This document shows positions 8,864 through 17,200 of a DNA stretch of 51,377 nt, in pieces; the first letter of the stretch is position 1; each line of letters starts with the position of its first letter. The notes under the pieces are model-generated. The model saw only the letters and a list, made by a program, of their open reading frames with translations, did no database searches and was not told the origin of the DNA. The stretch lies in contig CAZWGY010000002.1 of assembly GCA_964633575.1 (NCBI GenBank), positions 1 to 51,377 on the forward strand. Reading direction: 5' to 3'. This DNA is from an uncultured Desulfobacteraceae bacterium. GTDB lineage: Bacteria; Desulfobacterota; Desulfobacteria; Desulfobacterales; JAABSP01. The position numbers were made by a program, and so were the translations under genes.

Positions 8864-10093
8864 ATGGTCTCCCTGACATCCATCAAAAAATCGGCCCTCG
8901 TCTCGATCTGGTTCATGTTTCTGACCTTTCCCATCATGGTCATCAAGGTGAACCCCATCGAGGACGTGGTGGTCTGGCGCTGGCAAAACCTGATCCTCGT
9001 CGGCGCCGGCAGCTTTATCCTTTCCTTTGTCTGGCGGTATCTCATCGAGCGGAAAGAGGCCGGGCGGAAGCAGGCCGAGGAAGACGAGAACCGGAAGGAT
9101 CCCCTGGTCCGGCGGCTCATGGCCCACCCCCGGATCTACGTTCCGGGCCTCTGCGTCCTGGCCGGGTTCGTCCTGATCTTTCCGTTTATCTTTTCCGCCT
9201 ACCAGACCAACATCCTGACCACCGCCCTCATCTACGTGATGCTCGGGCTGGGGCTCAACATCGTCATCGGCCTGGCCGGCCTTCTGGACCTCGGCTATGT
9301 GGCCTTCTACGCGGTTGGGGCTTACGCCTACGCTCTCCTCAACTACCATTTCGGCCTGGGGTTCTGGACCGTCCTGCCCATCGGCGCGCTCCTCGGGGCC
9401 ACCTTCGGCGTCATCCTGGGCTTTCCGGTGCTCCGGCTTCGAGGGGATTACCTGGCCATCGTCACCCTCGGCTTCGGGGAGATCATCCGGCTGATCCTCG
9501 AAAACTGGAACGATTTCTCCCACGGCCCGTCGGGGATCGCCAACATCCCCCGGCCCGGCTTTTTCGGGATCGAGATGTCCCTCCACGCCGCCACCATTTA
9601 TATCTACTACGTGATGATCGGGCTGGTCCTGATGACCATCTTCTTTGTCAACCGGCTTCAGAGCTCCCGGATCGGCCGGGCCTGGATGGCCCTCCGGGAG
9701 GACGAGATCGCCTGTCAGGCCATGGGGATCGACAAGACCCGGACGAAGCTCACCGCCTTCGCCCTCGGCGCCACCTGGGCCGGGATGGGCGGGGTGGTCT
9801 TCGCGGCCAAGACCACCTTCATCAACCCGGCATCCTTTACCTTCCTCGAATCGGCCATTATCCTCTGCATCGTGGTCCTCGGCGGGATGGGCTCGATTGT
9901 GGGGGTGATCGTCGGAGCCCTGGTCCTGATCCTCCTGCCCGAGTACCTCCGGGCCTTTTCCGACTACCGGATGATCCTCTTCGGAGCGACCCTCGTGATC
10001 ATGATGGTCTTCCGGCCCCAGGGCCTCATCAGCGACGTCCGCCGGGCCTACCAGTTCAAGGGCTCAAAGGCCGAAGGAGCTTCCGATGCCTGA
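8864..10093 (+). CDS. livM: Branched-chain amino-acid ABC transporter permease LivM
   Basis: ORF track, 409 aa. Polytopic, with LGLNIVIGLAGLLDLGYVAFYAVGAY and RLRGDYLAIVTLGFGEI motifs typical of LivM. The start codon is not verified. Confidence 0.88.
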   Translation: MVSLTSIKKSALVSIWFMFLTFPIMVIKVNPIEDVVVWRWQNLILVGAGSFILSFVWRYLIERKEAGRKQAEEDENRKDPLVRRLMAHPRIYVPGLCVLAGFVLIFPFIFSAYQTNILTTALIYVMLGLGLNIVIGLAGLLDLGYVAFYAVGAYAYALLNYHFGLGFWTVLPIGALLGATFGVILGFPVLRLRGDYLAIVTLGFGEIIRLILENWNDFSHGPSGIANIPRPGFFGIEMSLHAATIYIYYVMIGLVLMTIFFVNRLQSSRIGRAWMALREDEIACQAMGIDKTRTKLTAFALGATWAGMGGVVFAAKTTFINPASFTFLESAIILCIVVLGGMGSIVGVIVGALVLILLPEYLRAFSDYRMILFGATLVIMMVFRPQGLISDVRRAYQFKGSKAEGASDA

Positions 10094-10892
10094 TCCTCTC
10101 GAGACCCCGGAGATTCTCAAAGTCAACGGCCTGACCATGGACTTCGGCGGGCTCCGGGCTTTAGACCGCCTCGACCTCGAGGTCCGCAAAGGCGAGATCG
10201 TCGCCCTGATCGGCCCCAACGGCGCCGGAAAGACCACCTTTTTCAACTGCATCACCGGAATTTACGCCCCCACCGCCGGGGATATCCTCATCCGGCCCGA
10301 CGGGGGCTCCGAGGAACGGATCAACGGGATCAAGCCGAACCGGGTCACCGAACGGGGCCTCGCCCGGACCTTCCAGAACATCCGGCTCTTTCCCAGCATG
10401 ACCGTCCTCGAAAACGTGATGATCGGCCGCCACTGCCGGACGAAAACCGGGGTGGCCGGAGCCATGCTCCGGCTCCGGTCCACCGTCGAAGAAGAACAGC
10501 GGGTGGTGGACGACAGCTACGCCATCCTGGAAAAGATCGGTCTGGCCAGCTACGTCAACGACCTGGCCAGGAACCTCCCCTACGGGGCCCAGCGTCGGCT
10601 GGAGATCGCCCGGGCTTTGGCCACCGAACCCTTCCTCCTGCTCCTCGACGAACCGGCCGCCGGGATGAACCCCCAGGAAACCAGCCGGTTGGACCGGCTC
10701 ATCAACCGGCTCCGGGAACGGGAAGGCGTCTCCATTCTCCTCATCGAGCACGACATGAAGCTGGTCATGAGCCTGTCCGACCGGATTTTCGTCATGGACT
10801 ACGGCAAAAAGATCGCCCAGGGCACCCCCGACGAGATCAAAAACGATCCGGTGGTGATCCGGGCCTACCTGGGAGAGGACCCCGATGCTTGA
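10086..10892 (+). CDS. livG: Branched-chain amino-acid ABC transporter ATP-binding protein LivG
   Basis: ORF track, 268 aa. Walker A GPNGAGKTT, an LSYG-type signature (LPYGAQRRLEIARAL) and Walker B LLLLDEPAAG. It overlaps the end of livM by 8 nt. Confidence 0.92.
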   Translation: MPDPLETPEILKVNGLTMDFGGLRALDRLDLEVRKGEIVALIGPNGAGKTTFFNCITGIYAPTAGDILIRPDGGSEERINGIKPNRVTERGLARTFQNIRLFPSMTVLENVMIGRHCRTKTGVAGAMLRLRSTVEEEQRVVDDSYAILEKIGLASYVNDLARNLPYGAQRRLEIARALATEPFLLLLDEPAAGMNPQETSRLDRLINRLREREGVSILLIEHDMKLVMSLSDRIFVMDYGKKIAQGTPDEIKNDPVVIRAYLGEDPDA

Positions 10893-11592
10893 GCTGATCG
10901 ACGTTCACACCTATTACGGCAACATCCAGGCCCTCAAGGGGGTGAGCATCGAGGTCCGGGAAGGGGAGATCATCACCCTCATCGGGGCCAACGGCGCCGG
11001 GAAGACCACCACCCTCATGTCGGTCTGCGGGATCGCCCCGCCCCGAACCGGCGAGATCCGGTTCCTCGGGGAATCCATCGTCGGCATGAGCCCCGACGAG
11101 ATCGTGGCCCGGGGAATCTCCCAGGTTCCCGAGGGCCGGCGGATCTTCCCGTTTCTCACCGTTTCGGAAAACCTCGACATGGGCGCCTTTCTCCGGACCG
11201 ACAAGGCGGAAGTCAGGCGGGACCGGGACTACATCTACGAGCTCTTTCCCATCCTGGCCCAGCGCCGGCACCAGGCCGGCGGGACCCTCTCCGGCGGGGA
11301 ACAGCAGATGCTGGCCATCTCCCGGGCCCTCATGGCCCGGCCCCGGCTTCTCCTCATGGATGAGCCATCCCTCGGCCTGGCCCCCCTGGTGGTCCGGCAG
11401 ATCTTCTCGATCATCGAAAAGATCAACGCCGAAAACAGGACCACCATCTTTTTGGTCGAGCAGAACGCCAACCTGGCCCTCAAGGTCGCCCACCGGGGGT
11501 ATGTCATGGAAAACGGCCGGGTCACCCTGACCGACGAAGCCGCCGACCTCCTGGAAAACGAGGAGGTCAGGCGGGCCTACCTCGGGTTGTGA
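10885..11592 (+). CDS. livF: Branched-chain amino-acid ABC transporter ATP-binding protein LivF
   Basis: ORF track, 235 aa. Walker A GANGAGKTT, signature LSGGEQQML and Walker B LLLMDEPSLGL. It overlaps the end of livG by 8 nt. Confidence 0.92.
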   Translation: MLELIDVHTYYGNIQALKGVSIEVREGEIITLIGANGAGKTTTLMSVCGIAPPRTGEIRFLGESIVGMSPDEIVARGISQVPEGRRIFPFLTVSENLDMGAFLRTDKAEVRRDRDYIYELFPILAQRRHQAGGTLSGGEQQMLAISRALMARPRLLLMDEPSLGLAPLVVRQIFSIIEKINAENRTTIFLVEQNANLALKVAHRGYVMENGRVTLTDEAADLLENEEVRRAYLGL

Positions 11593-11642
11593 GGGCGGCC
11601 GCGGGCTTCGACACCCACCCGCCGTTGGTGTCTTAAGTCGTT

Positions 11643-14222
11643 ATGGAATCACGACGTCAACCGCTTCAGCCCCCCGCCGGCGCCGAGGACCCGTCCGAGA
11701 TTCTTCGCCGGGCCGTGGCCCGCCATCAGAGAGGGGATCTGACGGGAGCCGGTTCCCTCTATCAGCGGGTCCTTGACGCCGACCCGCGCCAGCCCGATGC
11801 CCTCCACCTCTCCGGAGTCCTCGCCTTTCAAACCGGGGATAGGGACGCCGCCATTGACGCCATCCAAGCCGCCATCCAGCGGCGTCCGAACGAGCCGATC
11901 TACCGCAAAAATCTCGGCACCGTGCTCCAGGCGGCCGGGCGGATACCCGAAGCCATCGCGGCCTTTCGGCGGAGCCTCGATCTCAAGCCCGATTTTTTCG
12001 ACGCCGAGATCGGCCTGGCGGGGGCCATGGAGCGGCTTGGCCAGCGGGAAGCGGCCCTCGATGGATATCAGCGGTGCTTGGCGCTGAGGCCGGATGCCCA
12101 CGGGGTCTATTTCCGGATGGCCGCTACCCTCAGAGCCCTGGGACGGATCGACGAGTCCGTTGCCGCCTGCCGGGAGGCGATCCGCCGCCGGCCCGACCAG
12201 CCCCGTTACTCCGAAACCCTGGGAGACCTCCTCGCCGCCCGGGGGGAGACCGACGCCGCCCTGGATGCCTATCGGGAAGCCCTGCGCCGAGGCGGCGACG
12301 CCGCCGGCATCCGGATCAAGATCGGCATCCAGTTGGGGGGCGCCGGGAATCCCCGGGCCGCCCTGACGGCCTTTCAGGAAGCACTCCGTCTGGCGCCCGA
12401 CAACCCGGTCGCCCACCACAACGCCGGAGTGGCCCTCCGGGAGCTGGGCCGATCCCGGGAAGCCGTGGGCAGATTTCAGTCGGCCCTGGCCGGCCGCCCC
12501 GATTATGCCGAAGCCCACAACAACCTGGGCAATGCCTTTCGGGACCTCGGCCGTGATGAAGAAGCCCTTGCCTGTTACACCCGAGCCATCGAGATCCGGC
12601 GGAACTATCCGGATGCCCATAATAACATCGGCAACCTGTTAAAGGACCGGGGCCGGATCTCCCAGGCCATCGCGTCCTATGAGCGGGCGTTGGCGATCCA
12701 GCCCGACTACCCCTTTGCCCTCTACAACCTCGGCAACATCCGGGAGGAGCAGGGCCAACTCGAGACGGCCATCGATTTTTATGAGCGGGCCCTGGCGGTC
12801 CGGCCCGATTTCGGGCTCGCCTTTGCCAGCCTCGTCTATTTGCTCCAGTACGCCTGTGACTGGGACCGGCTGGCCGAACTCGGACCCCGGCTCGATGACC
12901 TCAACGCGGCGGCCCTGGAAAAGGGCCAGCGGACGCCGGAAACTCCCCTGGCCAACCTTTCCCGGAAGATGGACCCGGCGGAAAATTTCCGGATCGCCCG
13001 ATCCTGGGCCGGGGAGATCGAGCGGAACGTCGCGGCCCGGGGCGAAACCTTTGAGCCGCGGCCGGACCGGGCGTTCACCGGCGGCCGGATTCGGGTGGGC
13101 TATCTCTCCAACGATTTCCGGAGCCACCCGGTGGGACAGCTCATGGCCGGACTCTTTGCGGCTCACGACCGAAAGGTCGTCGAGGTGATCGGCTATTCCT
13201 ACGGCCGAAACGACGGGAGCGTCACCCGAGACCGGATTGCCAAAGGGTGCGACCGGTTCGTGGATATCCGGCCCCTGAGTCCCGAAGACGCCGCCCGGAA
13301 AATCCACGATGATGGCGTGGACATCCTCGTCGATCTCATGGGCCACACCCAGAGCAACCGGATGGCCATCTGCGCCCACCGGCCGGCTCCGGTTCAGGTG
13401 AGCTACCTCGGCTTTCCGGGAACCACCGGCGCCGGATTTTTCGACTACGTCCTCACTGACCCGATCCTCACCCCGCCCGAGCAGGCGCCTTGCTACAGCG
13501 AGGCCCTCGCCTACCTTCCCCACTGTTACATGGTCACCGACGACCGCCAGCCCATCTCCCGGCCCTTTCCCCGGCGGGCCGACGAGGGCCTTCCCGACGA
13601 CGCCGTGGTCTTCTGCTCCTTCAATTCGGCTCACAAGATCGAACCGGTGATCTTCGACGCCTGGATGCGGATTCTCCGGGCCGTGCCGGGGAGTGTGCTC
13701 TGGCTGCCCCGACGCCACGACGTGGCGGTCCGGAACTTGAGGCGGGCGGCGGGCCAATGGGGGGTGTCGTCGGAACGGCTGATTTTTGCCGATAAGCTGC
13801 CGGACAAGGCGGACCATATAAGCAGAATCATGCTGGCCGATCTGGCGCTGGATACCCGGATTTACAATGGCCACGCCACCACCGCCGATCTGCTCTGGAT
13901 GGGGGTGCCGGTGATTACGCTGAAAGGGCGCCATTTTGCATCCCGGGTCGCGGCCGGCTTGCTGACGGGCGTCGGGTTGCCCGAACTGGTTGTTGACCGC
14001 CTGGAAGATTATGAAGCCGTGGCCCGATCCCTGGCAACCCATCCGGACCGGCTTCGGCGCATCCGGCAACGATTGGCCAAAAACCGTCTGACCACGCCGC
14101 TGTTTGATTTGCCCCGGTTTGTCCGGGGACTCGAGCGGGCCTATCAGGAGATGGCCCGTCACTATCGTAAGGGACAGGAATGCCGAATGATTCATATTCA
14201 GCCGTCCGGAGGACGGCCATGA
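11643..14222 (+). CDS. TPR-repeat protein with C-terminal GT41 O-GlcNAc-transferase-like domain (eukaryote-type OGT/SEC-like)
   Basis: ORF track, 859 aa. About 400 aa of 34-aa TPR units (A..Y..AL...PD...A..NLG pattern) are followed, from about nt 13085, by a GT41-type catalytic region. That region reads RIRVGYLSNDFRSHPVG, DLMGHTQSNRMAICAHRPAPVQVSYLGFPGTTGAGFFDYVLTD, YNGHATTADLLWMGVPVITLKGRHFASRVAAGLL, ...TTPLFDLPRFVRGLERAYQEMARHY. As I recall it, human OGT has [33 protein letters not shown]...[24 protein letters not shown]. Confidence 0.88.
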   Translation: MESRRQPLQPPAGAEDPSEILRRAVARHQRGDLTGAGSLYQRVLDADPRQPDALHLSGVLAFQTGDRDAAIDAIQAAIQRRPNEPIYRKNLGTVLQAAGRIPEAIAAFRRSLDLKPDFFDAEIGLAGAMERLGQREAALDGYQRCLALRPDAHGVYFRMAATLRALGRIDESVAACREAIRRRPDQPRYSETLGDLLAARGETDAALDAYREALRRGGDAAGIRIKIGIQLGGAGNPRAALTAFQEALRLAPDNPVAHHNAGVALRELGRSREAVGRFQSALAGRPDYAEAHNNLGNAFRDLGRDEEALACYTRAIEIRRNYPDAHNNIGNLLKDRGRISQAIASYERALAIQPDYPFALYNLGNIREEQGQLETAIDFYERALAVRPDFGLAFASLVYLLQYACDWDRLAELGPRLDDLNAAALEKGQRTPETPLANLSRKMDPAENFRIARSWAGEIERNVAARGETFEPRPDRAFTGGRIRVGYLSNDFRSHPVGQLMAGLFAAHDRKVVEVIGYSYGRNDGSVTRDRIAKGCDRFVDIRPLSPEDAARKIHDDGVDILVDLMGHTQSNRMAICAHRPAPVQVSYLGFPGTTGAGFFDYVLTDPILTPPEQAPCYSEALAYLPHCYMVTDDRQPISRPFPRRADEGLPDDAVVFCSFNSAHKIEPVIFDAWMRILRAVPGSVLWLPRRHDVAVRNLRRAAGQWGVSSERLIFADKLPDKADHISRIMLADLALDTRIYNGHATTADLLWMGVPVITLKGRHFASRVAAGLLTGVGLPELVVDRLEDYEAVARSLATHPDRLRRIRQRLAKNRLTTPLFDLPRFVRGLERAYQEMARHYRKGQECRMIHIQPSGGRP

Positions 14223-17200
14223 CGACGGACGAGACGAAACGGCTCAAAGGGGGGGACGTCGTCGCGGCCACCGCCTCCGGCTCTGACCGGGCCGACCGGT
14301 TTCAAACCGCCTTGAGCGCTCACCAGAAAGGTCACCTGGCCCAGGCCAGAGCACTGTATGAGGAGGTGCTGGCCGACGATCCGGACCACGCCGATGCCAT
14401 CCATCTATTAGGGGTGGTTGCCTTTCAGGAAGGTCGCCATCCGGAATCCATTGACGCTATCCGGCGGGCCATTTCCATGAATCCCAATAAGGCGGTGTTT
14501 TTCGGGAATCTGGGGAATGCGTTGAAGGAATCGGGCGATCTGGACGAGGCCCGGGATGCCTATGACCGGGCATTGGCCATAAATCCGGATTTCATCGATG
14601 CCCATTACAACCGTGTCGGCATGGTCCGCTTTGAGGCCGCCGATCCCGCCTTTGATCGGCTCCATGAGCTGTTGAAAGCCTCCGCCACCGGTCCGGCGGA
14701 CCGGATGAAGCTCCATTTCACCCTCGGCAAAATGTACGCGGACATCGGCGAGACCGATGCGGCCTTTGAACAATACCGCCTGGCCAACGAGGCCCGGAAG
14801 GCCCATAAGGACTCCGACTTCAGTATTGACGACGTGGAAAAGACGGTGGCTCTCCTGATCCGGACCTTTGACCGATCGTTTTTCGAGTCCCGGACCGGTT
14901 TCGGGCTGGAGACGGCCGTTCCCGTCTTTATTGTCGGCATGCCCCGGTCGGGAACAACCCTGGTCGAGCAGATCCTGGCCAGCCATCCCAAGGTTTATGG
15001 CGCCGGGGAGATCGATGACATCGAGCGGATCTTCCAAAGCCTCGGAGACCATCGGCTGTCCGGGGCGTTTGTCCGGATTGCCCGGGGGATCGAATCGGGC
15101 CGGTCCCGGGAGCTGGCCGGGCGATACCTCGATCGGTTGAAGGCCTTGGCTCCCCATGCGGAGCGGGTCACCGACAAGATGCCCCAGAACTTCCTCTATC
15201 TCTGGTTGATCGCCCTCCTCTTTCCCAATGCCACCATCTTTCACTGCCGACGCGACCCCATGGACACCTGCCTGTCCTGCTACTTCACGGATTTTCAGAC
15301 GGGCCACGGCTACAAAAACGATCTGACCACATTGGGGCGCTACTACCGGCAGTACATCCGGCTGATGGAGCACTGGGGATCGGTCCTGCCCGTTCCCGTC
15401 CGGGAGGTCCGGTACGAGGATCTGGTGGATGATCCGGAAGGGGGGACCCGGCGTCTGATCGAGGAATCCGGTCTGCCCTGGGATGAGCGTTGCTTGAGGT
15501 TTTACGACACCCAGCGGTCGGTGGGGACGGCCAGCGTGACCCAGGTCCGCCGACCCATTTATCGCTCCTCGGTGGGCCGGTGGCGCCAATACGCCCGGCA
15601 CCTGACCCCGCTTCAAACGGCACTCGGAAAGATGGCGGCGCCCCCTTTCGACGTTAATGCCGTTTTGAAAAGCGCCGTGGAAGATCATCAGAAAGGCCGG
15701 CTCCAGGAGGCCGAAGCGGGGTATCGGCGGATTCTGGAGGCGGCACCGGCCCATGGCGATGCCCTCCATCTGCTGGGGGTACTGTCCTGTCAGACCGGCC
15801 GTCATGACGAGGGGGAGCGGCTGATCCGGAGCGCCCTCAAGGGGAATCCGAACAACCCGGTTTATCTCGATAACCTCGGCAATGCGTTGAGAGCGGCGGG
15901 AAAGCCGGAGGATGCCCTGGCCGCCTACCGCCGGGCGGCCGCCGCGTCGCCAGGGACTCCCAATGCCGGCGCCATTCATCTGAAGATGGCCCGGTTCCTC
16001 AAATCCCAGGGGCGGTTGGATGAGGCGGCGGCAAGCTATGCGGCATCCCTGGCCGTCACCCCGAACCGGGACCGGGTCCGACTCGAGCGGGCTGAATGCC
16101 TGTCCGCTCAGGGAAAGACGGCCGAGGCGGTTTCGGAGTATGCGCGATACCTGGAGCGCCATCCGTCGGATAGTACGGTGTTGGGGGAAATGGGGGCCGC
16201 GCTCAACCGGCTCGGCCGGTATCCGGAATCCGTGGCGATCCTCGACCGGGCCATTGCCCAAAATCCCGAGGTGGCTCAGCACCATACCAATCGGGGGATC
16301 GCCCTGAGAAAGCTGGGCCGGGTTGACGAGGCGGTGGATGCCTATCAAACCGCCATCCAACTCGAGCCGAACGATATCGGGGCCTATTACAACCAGATGC
16401 ATCTGAAAATCTATGAGCCGGATGATCCCGCCTTCAAGACGCTCGAAACCCTCTATCGTCACGGGACGCTTTCCAGTGCCAATCGGATGTATCTCCATTT
16501 TACCCTGGGGAAGATGTACGCCGACATCGGCGAACATGACCGGGCGTTCCACCATTACCATCAGGCCAATGAGACCCGGAAATCCCACAAGGGTCAGGAC
16601 TTTGACATCCGGGAAATCCGGGGGGCGATCGTGCTTCTGATGGAGCTCTGCGATGCCGGCTACTTCCGCGACCGCCGGGAAAGCGGGATTGCCGCGGAGC
16701 TTCCGGTCTTCGTGGTGGGAATGCCCCGCTCGGGAACCACGCTGGTCGAGCAGATCCTGGCCAGTCATCCGGAAGTCCACGGCGCGGGGGAGCTCCATGA
16801 CATCGGAAAGATCTATCACACGGTGATGAACGCCGCCTCCCAGGATGCTTTTATCGCCGCCATTCGATCGCTGGACCTGGATAGGGTCCGGGCGTCGGCC
16901 GAGCAGTATCTGGCCCGGATCGAAGCCCTGGGAAAGGGAGCCCGGCGGGTGGTTGACAAAATGCCCCAGAACTTCCTCTACCTCTGGCTGATCGCGATCA
17001 TGTTTCCCGGCGCCCGGGTCATCCACATCCGGCGGGACCCCCTGGATACCTGCCTGTCCTGCTATTTTACCGATTTTAATACCGGCCACGGCTATAAAAA
17101 CGATCTTGGGGATCTGGGTTCCTACTATGCGCTGTATCAAGCGCTCATGGCCCACTGGGGGAACGTCCTGCCGATTCCCATTCTGAACGTGACCTACGAG

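Noticed and set aside
276-11592. A functional link between the Ser/Thr kinase/PP2C/FHA module (or the liv transporter) and the OGT-like array, in the manner of O-GlcNAc/phosphorylation crosstalk.
   Set aside because: The kinase operon is on the opposite strand and is separated from the array by nadK and a complete liv operon. Only 50 bp separate livF from the first TPR-GT41 gene, so read-through is possible, but nothing in the sequence supports a functional connection.
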